NCBI GenBank assembly: GCA_040954595.2
Contig: CM082598.2
Span: 2,046,001-2,110,000 of the forward strand
DNA from: Balanoglossus misakiensis
Taxonomy: Eukaryota; Animalia; Hemichordata
Length of the DNA stretch: 64,000 nucleotides
Direction of reading: 5' to 3'
Shown: in pieces, positions 1-13,653 of the stretch
Position numbering within the stretch: position 1 is the first letter of the stretch
Layout of the letters: each line of letters starts with the position of its first letter
Notes under the pieces: model-generated
What the model was told of the DNA's origin: nothing
Database searches by the model: none
The model's input: the letters and a program-made list of their open reading frames with translations, nothing else
Program-made: the position numbers and the translations under genes

Positions 1-1369
1 TAGTGTTTTACAAAATCATCAAGTGCATGATGATGTATGAATTTGTTTCTTAAACTTCGCCACATTACAAGAACCCCCAGTGTTTCAATTAACAATTAGC
101 AACCACAGGCTACAGGGACACCCAGCCAGGAATCTTTAATTGGAAATTAATTTAACTTGCCCACTAATGGTGTCTAGGGTCTTTAGCAACCAGGGTTTGT
201 AGCTACTGGTATTACACAATGCCTTTTAACTGTTGCTTTAATTGCCAGCTAGACAATTGTGAGGCTGGCCTACACTGGGACTGTGCCTGCAGACATCAAA
301 TCGTTCAATTATGTACATCCAACAAGTTTAATCTTGTGTTAAGCTGCAGTAGAAATCTAAATACTGAAACACCTTAATTCAACTACTGTCATGATGCTTC
401 TATAGCAAGACAGACCTAGGATTTTTATGTCCCTGGAAAACCGTGAAATTTGAAACCAATCAATTTCTAAATTGAAACTCCACGAAAGCTGGCAATTCTA
501 AATGAGTTTGGGATGGTAGCTTTTCCATGTTTGGCATATCAATTTTTAATCACGCTTTTAAATGTACTTGTACATTTTTAATGTGTAACATGACTGAGTA
601 TGGATTTTGCAGTAAGTTCATCAAAAATATAATACTGCACCTGATAATGTAATATCAATTTCTAAAGAGTTGGCCCATGATGGACACATCTATAATTAAT
701 GACCCACCTCAAAAATTAAATCTCAAATACTGAAATGAGCTGGTTGCAATGACCACACCCCTCCAATTTAACACTAATTGGATTTAATGTAAATGAAGAT
801 AAACTCATGTAATATAGTGTGACATGATTGTACTTGTATGTGTCATTTGCTTACAGAGAATACATGTTGATATCCATCCCTAACACATCAAATAACATTC
901 ATGTCAGTGATGCCAAGGGTTGCAAACTTGTAAAAAATACCCTACTGTACTGTTTCGCGTTTCAACAATTTGCTGGTTCATAATATTGCGATTCATGAAA
1001 ATGTAATTGTGCTTGCATGCCCACCAGATCTGAATGATCCAGCAGCTTCACAAAAATGTAGCTACTTTCACGACTAATGCTGTCTTTGCTACCCCTTGAA
1101 TCCACTCACGATGGAAAAGTCCATGCAAAACGTATGAAGACCAAACCACGTTGATGGAAATACAGGCATGGTCGACACCAAGTGGGTTTTTAAGTGGGTA
1201 TGGTGGTTTGGCACGTACGTACGCTGCTTTCAAATACGCTTTTGTCGGAGAACAATTAGAGCGCTCCTGAGAGGCTGTGTTATTGTGTAACCCGCGTACA
1301 CTCTCTTTCTTCTGGGGGATTCAGCATGTTTGTTTCATTGTTTGTTTCGTTGTTATGCTAATGACCGCA

Positions 1370-1625
1370 ACAATGGACCAATCACAATCGTGTGGTTTAA
1401 CAACGGGGGAGTAAAGACCCAGGGTCTGCCGAGTTCATTTCGAGTCGTGGCATCCGAGAGATCGCATTCATCGGCACCAGCGCGTATCTCGACGTCTTGA
1501 TTGGTCGCTTCCCCGAAGTGTGCCGCGCCGATTGACTTGCACACCCGGGTCGCAGTTCAGTGGAAAACTTCGCAAACTCATCCCTCATGCCGTCGTAAAA
1601 AACACTGGCTTTTCTTCCAACTCAG
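1370..1625 (+). promoter_or_regulatory. Probable promoter and non-coding first exon of inscuteable
   Basis: CpG-rich patch with CCAAT at 1378-1382 and reverse CCAAT (ATTGG) at 1500-1504. A good donor CTCAG|GTAAC follows 1625. The acceptor at 3351 lies 1 nt before the INSC ATG, which requires an upstream exon; that this is the exon is inference. Confidence 0.45.
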
Positions 1626-3018
1626 GTAACTGGGGATCTTTTACAATAATATTTTGGTGGATCCAAACAATGCAACTTTGTTTGGCTGTCTCTGTTGTCT
1701 GTACCAGGGAAAGAATCTTTTACGAGCTTTGGTCAGTGTTTTATTTGTGACATTTTTGTAGCACAAGACCTCCTTTATAAGACTTTGTAGTTTCATCAGC
1801 ACAAAAATCACAAATTGAAATAGTAGCTCCTGAAACATCTCTCTCTATTTATGTTTTGGCAACTTCATATAGAAGACACTGAAAATTTTATGAACATTCA
1901 AGAAATACTAGCTGTTTTTACTACTATTTGTGAGTTGCATATATTGATGATGATTGAAGACCAGTCACTCAAATACCGCACTTCTGTTCAACATTTATTA
2001 CATGTGGACATCCTGGTCTACTATTTCCATTGTGAAAAAGTGACAGCAAAAATAGCTGTTTTACATTGTGCTGTACGTTGCTTGCTATAACTAGTAGGCT
2101 TACTTTAACATCAAATTATGCTATTGCATTTACAAACTGAAACCTGAAAAACATGTTACCTTTGAAATGAAAGTATACATTCTGTCATGTCTACACGCAA
2201 GTCTAGGAAAGTCTTTATTAATACAAAAGAAAGCTTATCCCTTTCAACCTGTGTATACCAGTGTCTAATCCCACTGTTTTGAACTTCAATCCTTAATCCA
2301 TATATAATGAACTGGGAAAGCAGTAAAAACAGTCCCTAAGGATCTCAGAATTTAGGCTAATTTTAAAAGAATGTTTTTATGGCTGTAATACTTCTTAACA
2401 GTGGAGTGTTAAGTAAATGAGAAGACTGTGGTTTTAGTATACAGTTGGTACCACCAGACATGTGTGTACGCCCCACCAATACATGCTTGGTATATTACCG
2501 GCAACTATACTAGCCGCAGGTTGCGTACAACCAGTGGAGTGTTTTCTGCTAAGTGACCGGATCTACATTAGGTATTAATCTAATATTCATCTCAGTGTCT
2601 TGAATATCACATTGTGGATGTTATTTTGTAGGATTTGGTAAACAGCTTATTTAGACAACAAATGAACAAACTGTTGGTTCTTCTATGGAGCTTGTAACGT
2701 ATAGGGTCTATGGTCAAACAAGAAGTCTTGCAAATACATTCTATTGTATACTTAGGTGTACATGTATGAACACACATGTAATTTATTTCAGTTGAATCCT
2801 AAAATTTTGAATTTTTGTTTTCAAGTATTTTTATGAATAGCATGGTCTGAACTGTACCGGTGTACTTGTTTTTGTTTCCATAAAGTATTATGCATTCCAT
2901 ACACCTCTAGCCAGTAAGCCATTCCTTTGTGAACACTTGACAGAATTCCCAGCCCTCAGGGTATCTGTGACATCTGGACTTTTGGTATTTGACATTTTCT
3001 TTGAATGACCAATTTTTA

Positions 3019-3102
3019 CCCTTTCACTACCATGGTTTGACCCAAATCTATTTTTCCTATGGTCAAATTGGACCTCTAATGAGGGAACTGGGGGTGAAAG
3101 GG
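3019..3102 (-). mobile_element. ~85-bp MITE family A (CCCTTT...AAAGGG ends, TTAA-flanked; piggyBac-like), copy 1 in reverse orientation
   Basis: Reverse-complement match to the copies at 4376, 5461, 8641, 16675 and 35852. Ends read ttta-CCCTTTCAC...GTGAAAGGG-ttaa. Confidence 0.7.
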
Positions 3103-3352
3103 TTAAAAGCTGTACTGGATCTCATCAGAGGAACTCATAATTTGAAATATTTTAACTTTCTTTGCACTTTCAGCATTTCCAGTCTTCACTCAAGTCTCTT
3201 ATATCATCATCATCATCAACAACAACAAGACAAATAATAGTAAACAGTTGTTGATCAACAATTATGACAGCAGTAGCAGCAATAATAATAATAACAACAA
3301 GATGCGTAACTTTTGGTGAAAGTAACATATTTATGATTTCTTTTTTTTCAGA

Positions 3353-6300
3353 ATGAGGGTGAGTGACGTCGATTCGGTCCAAAGATGGTTGGAGGATTTA
3401 CGTGGAATGACGGAAACAGAGTGCATGTGTATTCTACAAGGCAAATCTATCTCAGGTGCTATCAAGGAAGGACAGAAGACAAAACGAATACATTCTGTCA
3501 AAGGTATGCAAGATGCATAGACTGTTATAATTTTTCTAGTTATCCAGACAAGATATGTTGAAATGCTTCGTATTCAGGTCCCTGTATGCCTAGCATGTAA
3601 TGTATGTGTGTGTGTGTGTGTTTAATTTCTTGGCAGCCAGCTCGAGGCTGAGCTTGTAAAAGTCGGACTGATATGAAGATACTTTAAGACTTTTATCATT
3701 TCTTTTGATTGCAGATAAGCTGAGACTCCTAAGGCATAAGGCTGGTGCAATAACCTCTCAATTTGCTAAAACATTTCAGTGAGTATCTTCACCCATTAAC
3801 CATCATCACACAAAGATGCTGACATTAAGCATATATCAGTCACTTTCATGTACATGTGTATTACTCGATCCATAAACATTGTATCATACTGTTACAATTT
3901 GATGGTGAGTTTTCATCTGGTCTTCTGAGTGTCTTAGACCTCAGTCCCCAACTCATTTAGCGCACCCATTATCTTTAAGGAATATTATGACACTGCTATA
4001 ATATCATTACGGCCAATTTGCCCAATTAAGACAAAGTATCAGCCACTTAGGGCACACGAAGGACCTGTGACAATTAAGTGTTGCTTTCAGTTGTGGGTGA
4101 GTGCGTCAAACAAGATTCCCATCCCACTTACTTAATGAAACGTTTCCCCAATGAACCATAACTGCATGCTGTATGCCGGTTTAAGAGTGCCATATATTAT
4201 GTCGAAACGCTCCAATAAATATACTGATTACAGCAATGTTGAATTACAAATAGGAGGGTAGGCTGTAATATGTGTTACTGGTGATCTATAGTGTTTACCA
4301 TGAAGAATCTCAAAAATTGCCACACAGTAGAAACTGCATCCTCTGAACTTTATCAGTCTCCGTGACTTTCTATAGCCCTTTCACCCCTGTTTCCCTGTAT
4401 AGAAGTCCAACCTTACCATAGAAAACAAATTGATTTGGACTGAACCATGGCGGTGAAAGGGTTAGAGGTCTGGCTGAAAGTAGAACCTTGTCAATCAAGT
4501 GTTACTTTTATAGGAGCGGTGTAGTCAGATCGTAATACTCAGCCAAGCATAACATGGACTGTCCAACGTGTTCATACAAGTCATCAAACCCAACTCTTTC
4601 TTTTCAACTTTAAGCTGTAGTGAAGAGCTTGTTTCAAACCACTTTTAATGATGTTTGGAAAGATCAAAGAAACCATAAAAAGTGGTCCTCAGTTTTGTTT
4701 TTCAATCAACAGTTTATCATCTCAGACAAATGAGAATCAATCACTTTGGGTCATAAATTTGCAAATGTTCGAACCATTCTTTGTCATGGTGTTTTGTAAT
4801 TGTGTCATAAAATGAATGTTTTCGTTCACACTTTACATCAATCTGAATTCTAACCCATCTCACTGCCAAGATGAGAAGAGGGGTGATTGCGTCAACAGAT
4901 GTTGACTGGTCTCATTGAGTTTGCTATGTCAGTATAATGGCATGCTTTTCTCTGACGCTTTGCCTTATAACCTTTGCATCAAGTCTGACTTCTTCTGACC
5001 CATGGCATCATTCAGACATTATCAAACTCTTGATTTACCACTAATTTCTTTTTGTCTTCGCAGTAAGTTAGATAAAGAAAAATGGAGTTCAGTGCATACC
5101 TGTGTTATAGATCTGACCTGTAATATTAGACAGATGCTGCATGATTGTACGGAGAACATAGAAAACGGTCCTGATCCTATGGCCATATTTGTGGTGAGTA
5201 TTTTGTTGACACTTCCAACCAGAAACTTTCTGTCAATTCTTCCACCTTGAATAACACCCTGCATATATCTTTTAGTGTTTGAGAATCAAATATAATGATG
5301 TACATGCAGTAAATTACGTTTTAATCACTTTTATCATTTTCTTAAAATTTGCTTTTCAGGAACAAGAAGTAGTCATGGAAGACTGTGCTAAGCTGGTCAA
5401 GCATGTCGAAAGGTAATGACATTTACATGTACTTGATTTTCAGTTCTGTTCACAAAATATTTTCTTTTACCCCAGTTCCCTCTTTAGAGATCCAACCTTG
5501 CTATAGAAAACAATGGGTTTGGATTGAACCATGGTGGTGGAAGGTTTAAAGGCCCAGTAACTGCAACTTTGGAGTATTTTCTCAGTTTTTTGTTTCAGGT
5601 ATCAACTGTGGTTTCTTATTCTACTCTGTAAAACATAGAGAATTTCTCAGTAGTTGTTTTCAACACACAACCCTTTTGTAGTAATCAGCACCCTTATTGT
5701 TGACAGTTGAATTCAAGTCAGACTTGAATTCATTTGTCAACAATGACAGTGACTGTAACTTATATACAGGCTTTGTTAAGAAGCCAAAGACTGAACATTT
5801 CATAAAACTGTCCAGAGAAGAACAAGAAACCACAGTTGATACATGAGAGACAAATTTACTTGGGAAAAAGGCCAGTAGTTAGAGTGACTGGGTCTTTAAC
5901 TGTAATGTAGAAAAGATATATTCTAAATGCTTGTAATCTCAGAACCTCTTTGCTTCAAGTAATGCTCTGCCTCTAACTCCTTTGTACTTTGTCATTCTAC
6001 CCGTATAATTTGCAAACATTGTGGGAATTTAATCAAGATCAGATTTCGTTGAATAAATAACTCATGACATGAAAACAAAAGTACCAGTAGCTCAAATACA
6101 CTTCAGAGATAATTTTATCCTCCAAAAGCCACTTTTCAAAGCTAAAAATAGAAAAAAGTGGGCTTGCTATTCTTGTGCTGAACAGTTGAATTCAAAGACC
6201 CCGTGATTTTAGTGGAATCTTTATCACACAAGGCGTCTTACAGACTCCTTATGCAGGAAATCCAGAATTGAACAAAAAGAGCAGTCAAATTACCTGAATG

Positions 6301-9300
6301 GAAAGATATCGCCTTTCAGTAATTTACTTTCGAGAGAATAGAAACAAAAAAGGGCAAGATACTGGGGAAAAAACACCAGACACCTTAATTACAGGATCAT
6401 TTCTCCTAAGTAAAGAAAGTAGATTTAAACCAGAATGATAGGGTTTCTCTGAAGTGTTTATCTATGCCTAAGCGGTTGGTTAATTGAATTTTCGAATTCG
6501 CGTTGATAAAGAGGTTTAGCTTTTGTTTGGGTAAGACTGTGAATATTGTGCAAGACTACTTTTTCTCACTATGGTTGGCTGGGAATAGATCGTTGTTACT
6601 GGGTTGTGATAGGTTCATCCTGTCCTGTGGGAGTTCAGAAGTTTATGTGTTGAGATTTTACTTCTTACGTCGATTTTGGTTTGTGCGTATTCTTATGATG
6701 GTCAATGAAAATACTGTACAAACTTAATGCCGAGAACTGAGATAATTCGGTCAAAGTGGGGAAGAAAAAAATAATTGTCAAGTCTGCTACCATAGGACAT
6801 TAATTTTTCTCTCTCATCAAATTTAGTTGAAGAACAATATATCATTGGTTTTGATTTATGTCGAGAGAGTTTGACATATCACCTTACCTGCTAGAGTGAG
6901 TCTGATTCAACATGGCTCTCCTTAATAAGTTTCACATTTGAACATGTAAAGCTAGACCGAGCATTTGGCAGGGAAGATCCCGGAACTGGGAATAGATGCG
7001 CTCGGAATTAATTAAGTGTGACGCAGATGGGAAAACTTCCCTTTGAAGTCTGCGAACGTTACTCAATTACGGACGTCTTGAAGATTAACACAGCACAACA
7101 GAAAAATCAGTTAATGGTTCAGTGTTCACACGTTGTTGAATTACCTGACCTGTTAGCGTTTATCTACTATAAAACATGTATTTTCGCGAGCAGTAAATTT
7201 TCGCGAAATACACAAGAGCCAAAAAAACTTGAATGTAAGAAGTCGCGTAAAATGTTTTTCGGAGATAACAATGCAGTTAGTGAAATATGAAAACGCGAAA
7301 ATTAATCCTTGCATAACAGACGTTGCCACTTTTGAAATCGTGAAAATTTCTTGTCGCGAAAATAACCCGTTTTACAGTACACACTTACACCAAATGCACA
7401 AAACCTAATTTACGCAGGAAGGGTTAATTCAATTGGGAGTTGCCCCCAAGTGTGCATTAAGGTGGGTGGCAGATACTGCAAGGAACGGTTGAGAGTTGAC
7501 AAATATCAGGTGTGATGGTAGAGTAGGGTTGCTGCCCTGAAACCAAAATGACCAGTTCACTTAGCATCATTTGTAGATGGAGTGCATGATGGCAGCCATT
7601 ACGAACACTGCTGATCACACGTACACTTGTTTTTGAGCAAAATCAAAGAAATGCCACTCTGTGGATTAATTCTTCTGATAGAATTAATATAAATGTTTGA
7701 GAGCCATTTTCAATTTCTATCCATGGTATGAAATAATACTGTTGTCTGTAATCAAATACTTTTCTCTTCAACATGTATGTAGTTGATAGAACTACCATCT
7801 TTCACCTGTTGCCTATACTAAAGTCGGACACAAAATTGGGCAAATAGGGGTCAACAGGTCAAACTGAACAGGGAACCTTATAGTTGTAGTGTCAGAAATA
7901 ATTTGAGTAGAGTCTTTAAAGAACAGTATGAGAGGGACTAAAAACCCTTACCCGCAAGGTTTCGTTGAGTGATATAATAGACTTGTCTAGAGTTTGTGTT
8001 TAGAGTTTCACAGAGAGGAGAGTTTTCCATTTAATCTGCTTTTTATGTCAGCCTGTGTTGAAAGGTTCCTAATGGAAACGCCTACAGACTTGTTTTAATT
8101 TCCATCACTGAAAGTTGTACACTCAGTGATGTTTATTCACTCCATTAGCTGTATCAATTTCTGGTTGTTCTTTTCAGTATTGTTGTTCTGTGTAACAGCT
8201 GAAGTTTCATAGTTTCCCTCAAGCACAACGTATAGTCCACTGCCTAATATAATTGGTTTCATATATTGTGTTTCAGTTTTGATAGGGTGAATGGATTGAA
8301 GCCTCAATCGTTGCCAGTAGTGAGTTGTCTGGGTGATCTAGTGGAGTCATTTACAAAATTAGTGGATATGTTGGAAGTACATCTGATCAAGGTAACAGCT
8401 TTTTTAAAAATTGATTGGAAGATTTACATGAATACATTTACATTTTATGATTAGAATGAGGAATGTAAAACATCAGTGATACTGCTCCATCAACTTTTAC
8501 AAGTACTCAAAAGAACTTGTCCTGGAATTTTGAATGAATTTGAACCCTGATGTTTGAAGGGAAGCTTGGCTTTATGTTCAGAAAAGGTTTGTGTTCCGAG
8601 TAGACAAAAATCATGAGAGGACACTCCAGGCAATATTTAACCCTTTCATCTCTAGTTGCTGCTTTTGTGGTCCAACCTTACCATAGAAACAATGGGTTTG
8701 GACTGAACCATGGTGGTGATAGGGTTAATGATAAATGTCTAATATTTTTCTCTTGTGTATCTTTTGATGACAGACTTTGTTTGATTGGCTGGGGGACGAA
8801 TCAAGTTGTTGTGTCAAGTCTGCCATCACAGTATTAACAAATCTCGCACAGGAAGACGATAGATGGAGCAAACTCATTGCCAAAGTAAGTGACCACCCCT
8901 CTAGGTTGACCAATAATGGAACAGCCCTTGCAGATTGACAGCCAGGACCTGTCCACTGCCATATAGGCCAGGGGGAAACAATATAGCACAGTTCAATTCA
9001 TTTGTCGACATTACGTTACATTAGTTTGAGGTCAATGAATTTTCTTTGCAGTGTTAATGCAACTGATTGTCTATAAAACTCTGCATACAACATACAGGAC
9101 ATTTCACTGTAAAAGTTACAGCATATTGATTTTGCAATATACTTTATATGGATCTCTCTCTTTCATTCAAAGCAAGTAATTTAGATAGGACCTTGTGTTA
9201 GCAGCAATAACTTGCTGGGCTGCTCACGTCATAAAATATAATCTCTGTTTTTTTCTTCTAACAGGATGGTGGAATGCGGGCATTATTTCATCTCTGTCGG

Positions 9301-11803
9301 CAGGACACTTTTTCGTTTCTGCGCACGGATGCGCTTAGGGCTGTGGCAATAATATGTTGTGTGGTAGAAAACATTGAGGAGTTAGAAAAGGTAAGTGTGA
9401 TAGGTGTACGTCTTTCTGAAACTCGACTGGTTAGTGGGCGAGATTTGGATGGTACACATCTCTCCTGATACTTAGGTACATTTGTCTGATGAATTATCTG
9501 GACAACAAACTGGCAAATTTCCAACATTACCAAGATATCTCCAGAGATGAGTTGACATCACAGGCAAACTACATTCTGAATAGCCATCTGGGGCATGGGG
9601 GAAGGAAGACTTGTACAATGAAATGTATTCAAATAACAGTAATAACAGAAACTCTTCCTTCATGATTCCGATATTCAGGCAGACGGCGTGGAGTGCATTA
9701 CAGATATTTTATGTGACATGAAAACAAATGAAGACGTGCGAACAGAAGCTGCTGGTGTAATAGCCCAGATCACTTCGCCTGATTTGGATCATTTTAAACC
9801 AATTATGGGATTTATTGAGAATTTAGAGGACCTCATTAAATCACTCATAGGTAAGTGAGTGTTCAGAAACATGTACTCATGGTAAAATTATCTTTAAAAT
9901 AATCTTTAAAACTGCAACCTAAGTGGCTGTTGCATTGAGCAGTGACATGGTATTGACCAACAACAACAACAACACCAACAACATGTATTTGATTGCTTTT
10001 CATCAGCTCTGTGTAAAGACGCTAGCAACAGTGACGTCTTCCTAGTTGCCACAGCAGCCATCGCCAATGTCACCTTCATGGACAGCATGGCCAGTGATTT
10101 CTTGGCCCAATACAACGCAGCATCAGTACTCATCCAGGGATGTCAAAAGAAGAAGGCCCCCTCGCTGTACGCCAAGGACCAGGTCAGTCTTTATAGCATG
10201 CGTTATTAACCATCAGTGTTCCATCCAGGATGACATGAACAGGAGGGATTATTTCCCCCTTTGCCAGAATTTGGGGGGGATTTCACTCTGGCAAGAGGGA
10301 CTATAATACATCTCCTATGAGTGAGTGACATCAATTTAAGGGGCACTGGTCCCCCCATGCCAAAATGCAAGGGGCTGAATCACTGTATTCCCCCATTCAG
10401 ATGAAACAGTCTGAACCATATTCCTTTTCTACCAGTAAATGGGTCTAACTGTTGGAAACAACTGGGTCATACCAAGTGTTGATTGATGTACACAACACGC
10501 AATAATGACTTTTTCCCTTTATATTGGCTACAGGTGGCGACAATTTTAGCCAACATGGCGTGCATTGAGCAATGCAGAGAAGAAATCGCAGCCGAGAATG
10601 GAATCCACCTTTTAGTGCAATATTTACACGAACAACCCCGTCCACACATCAACGGTTGCATTACAGAAGAAGAACTGGCAGCCTGCGAGAGGGTCCACCA
10701 GAAAGCAGCTATTGCACTGGCCAGACTGAGCAGAGAGGTGAACAATGCTGATTTCATTTACAAAGCAAAAGGTATGTTGTGTGTACATTGTGACTGTGCT
10801 TGGGCAAAATACATGTATACTTTCAACTAAGGGACTGTTCAGTTTTTATGGCGGGGGAGGGGTGGCAAAATCCAAGGGGGGGGGGGGCACCTTTTTTGCC
10901 TGTCAAAGGGGGGGTTCATCATTTTTTGGTCCTGGGTGAAGGGGGGGTCTGCCTGATTTTGAAAACCGATGATACAAACTTGCCCCCCCCCCCCCAGCCG
11001 TAAAACTGAACGGTCCCTAACTGTGTTTTAATACCAGGGTTCCACAGGAATTGACTCTGGCAGTTATACACACATAAGGGACAGAAAAATGATACTTTAT
11101 ATTCCTCTAAACCTTTCAATGCTATGCTACATGTATATTAAATTTTGCACTGATCCTAATTTAATTCTCACCTGTAGGAGAGAATAATCTAATGCTTTCT
11201 AGCGTAAAACAAGAAAGTTTTATGTTGTATGATTATAGTTTTTCTGTATCTTCTTTTTTTTAATTTTAGGAATCCCACGGTTGGTTCAACTGTGTAAAGA
11301 TCCGCGAGCGAGAAATAGCAGTGACTCTGTTTTGGTGGCATGTCTGGTAAGTAGGTTTGCTTTATAGAGGTCAAAGGTCAAACACTGGGAATGGCTTCGT
11401 GGATCATATGGCTTCCTTTCCACAGTCAAGGCAAAATAAAATCTGTGACAATACGCCCAATGCGAATCTCACAGACGAACTGTGTTCACTTTTATACTAG
11501 AAGTGCGGTAATGACCAATGTCACTGCTGGAATACCTATCTCTGTTTAGTTTCACAACTATTGAAGTGCGCATCCAAGGAATACTATTTTGACCACCATT
11601 TGTAGGTGGCATAATTATGCATGATACAAGATCAATCGTTCATATACCACACTTTCTTAATTTGATTTCAGGCTGCCTTAAGAAAACTGTACAGTATGTT
11701 AGGAGACTCTGCTTTCAACGCAGATGACACAATGCAGTTAATACAGCCAAGATTACTAGATTCTTACCTCTTCTGCACATCCATGGACGAAACATTCGTA
11801 TGA
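3353..11803 (+). CDS. INSC: Protein inscuteable homolog (spindle-orientation adaptor), 12 coding exons, 514 aa
   Basis: Exons with GT-AG junctions and continuous frame: 3353-3503, 3715-3778, 5064-5193, 5360-5412, 8277-8391, 8774-8884, 9265-9390, 9679-9850, 10007-10182, 10534-10771, 11270-11346, 11672-11803 (1545 nt). N-terminus MRVSDVDSVQRWLEDLRGMTETECMCILQGK matches the LGN/Pins-binding peptide (human VDSVQRWMEDLKLMTECECMCVLQAK). The ARM-like body includes ELAACERVHQKAAIALARLS and RNSSDSVLVACLAALRKL. The C-terminus LIQPRLLDSYLFCTSMDETFV is a PDZ-binding end (human EESFV). Confidence 0.95.
4376..4461 (+). mobile_element. MITE family A copy 2
   Basis: CCCTTTCACCC...GTCCAACCTTACCATAGAAAACA...TTTGGACTGAACCATGGCGGTGAAAGGG; the TTAA flanks are degenerate. 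Confidence 0.7.
5461..5545 (+). mobile_element. MITE family A copy 3 (degenerate left end)
   Basis: Shared core TCCAACCTTGCTATAGAAAACAATGGGTTTGGATTGAACCATGGTGGTG, ending at the TTAA at 5546-5549. Confidence 0.6.
5550..5895. mobile_element. TTAA-flanked non-autonomous TIR element (Kolobok-like ends)
   Basis: TTAA-AGGCCCAGTAACT ... AGTGACTGGGTCT-TTAA: imperfect 13-bp TIRs starting with AG, TTAA on both sides. A similar single end lies at ~13736. Confidence 0.6.
7167..7377. mobile_element. TA-flanked MITE with ~40-bp TIRs (Tc1/mariner-type target)
   Basis: Left end ta-CTATAAAACATGTATTTTCGCGAGCAGTAAATTTTCGCGA matches the reverse complement of the right end, ta-CTGTAAAACGGGTTATTTTCGCGACAAGAAATTTTCACGA. 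CGCGAAA motifs recur internally. Confidence 0.65.
8641..8724 (+). mobile_element. MITE family A copy 4
   Basis: TTAA-CCCTTTCATC...GGTGATAGGG-TTAA, with both TTAA intact. Confidence 0.75.
10831..11017. mobile_element. PIF/Harbinger (Tourist-like) MITE
   Basis: TAA-GGGACTGTTCAGTTTTTATGGCGGGG ... CCCCAGCCGTAAAACTGAACGGTCCC-TAA: ~30-bp TIRs beginning GGG with a TAA target duplication; G-run-rich interior. Confidence 0.7.
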
Positions 11804-12351
11804 CCTTCGGTGACCTTTGACCTCTGTGCGGACTACACGTGAAAGTGAGGCTGCGAGTGAGAAAGGAGCCCAAGAAAGTCGGTTTGTGTTTCCCAGCTGA
11901 TTTCCCAGAGACAATTATCAACAGGATTACCTCTTTGCCGGTTATTCCAGGGAAGAGATGTGTCCGTGGAAGGAAAAACTTGGGAGATTATTCAGGAAAG
12001 ACATTGGAAAGAAATGAGCTGTTTATTAGCAAGAGACAATCATGTTCATACTTAAATTTGAAAATTAGAAATGTTTTCATTTTGAACAGTTTTATACATT
12101 TTAATGTGAAACTGTGTAAGATATTGAGAGGTTGAGAAGTTACTATATATATTTTGAAGAAAACAAAGGCTATTTGATGATATAACAGAACACATGTCAA
12201 ATGTCACTTCTGGTACACTACCGTAAGGACAAAATTAAATGTAGCTAAAATTAATTTATTCTAATTTGTATTTAAGAGACTGTAAATATTATGTAAATAG
12301 ATTTAAAGTTTATCATTGTTCACCTAAATTTAATTCAATTTAGTTGGAAAA

Positions 12352-12898
12352 TTGTCATTTATAACCCATGAAAAATTTTCATGAGCTATAACCCATGAAA
12401 ATTTTCAAGAATTGAAATTTTCATTTTGGACATTTTTCATGGTTTCTATCTCATGAAAAATTTTCATGAGCTATAACCCATGAAAAATTTTCATGAGCTA
12501 GAAACCATGAAAAATGGCCAAAATGAAAATTTCAATCCTTAAAAATTTTCATGAGCTATAACCCATGAAAAATTTTCATGAGCTAGAAACCATGAAAAAT
12601 GGCCAAAATGAAAATTTCAATTCTTGAAAATTTTCATGACTTATAACCCATGAAAAATTTTCATGAGCTATAACCCATGAAAATTTTCAAGAATTGAAAT
12701 TTTCATTTTGGACATTTTTCATGGTTTCTAGCTCATGAAAAATTTTCATGAGCTATAACCCATGAAAAATTTTCATGAGCTGGAAACCATGAAAAATGGC
12801 CAAAATGAAAATTTCAATTCTTGAAAATTTTCATGACTTATAACCCATGAAAATTTTTCATGAGCTATAACCCATGTAACTTGTGTGAAAATGACAAA
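12352..12898. repeat. Foldback/palindromic minisatellite between the INSC and CAT 3' ends
   Basis: Repeated 27-bp ATAACCCATGAAAAATTTTCATGAGCT units alternate with a ~60-bp block present in both orientations (GAATTGAAATTTTCATTTTGGACATTTTTCATGGTTTCTA and TAGAAACCATGAAAAATGGCCAAAATGAAAATTTCAATTC). Confidence 0.85.
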
Positions 12899-12989
12899 AT
12901 CACGGTTGTCATGCCAACCACTGAATAAAAATGCTAACAACTATATGAGAGACAGTAAGACCATCAGATGTTTTCTTTGAAATATAATC

Positions 12990-12995
12990 TTTATT
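12990..12995 (-). promoter_or_regulatory. Candidate polyadenylation signal of catalase
   Basis: AATAAA on the minus strand, ~660 nt downstream of the CAT stop. A plus-strand AATAAA at 12924-12929 faces it. Confidence 0.45.
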
Positions 12996-13653
12996 AATTA
13001 AAATGTTTTTTTTCTGAAATTCTTTCTCCACTCCCTTACATAATCATATAAAATGTTTCCATGGTGATCAAGGTCAAACCAACATGATTTAGGGATGGCA
13101 GGTCTGATGAAAGGGGTTACTGTTTTATGCCTTGCTTTACAACCATTCAAATATACACCAATAGAAAAGGCTAATTCCACACGGTAAGATAATCAAAACC
13201 AGGTCAAAGGTCACATATTGCTTCTGACTTCATAACATGAAACCTAATTTATATATCAATGCATGATGTTGGTGTACCCATATCCCAAATTCGAACAAAA
13301 CTTGTCTTCGAGAAAAAAGCTGTTACCTTCTTTGTTGCTAGAAAGTTAGAGAATGTCCGATATATATTGTACATTGAAAATCAAATTGAAGACTTCCATC
13401 CTCGTATTACACTTTTGAAGTGTTCTTTAGTCTGTGATCAAAATATTGAAGGTATCGATCTATCTTCATCCAACAGTGAAAATCATATTTTGCACTAAAA
13501 ACCCCACAAAGCCTTTACAAATCTCTGGTCATTTTCTGATCTCATGTAATCATTTTGCAGTTTATCTTGGTTTCACATCCAGGGTGAGTCGTTGGCAAAG
13601 ATGAAGAAACAGGAAATCTTCTTGGACCTTGAGAGGGCGTCTGATGAATTCTC

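Noticed and set aside
1048-1233. Minus-strand 61-aa ORF as a divergent gene
   Set aside because: No recognisable homology, and no convincing splice sites.
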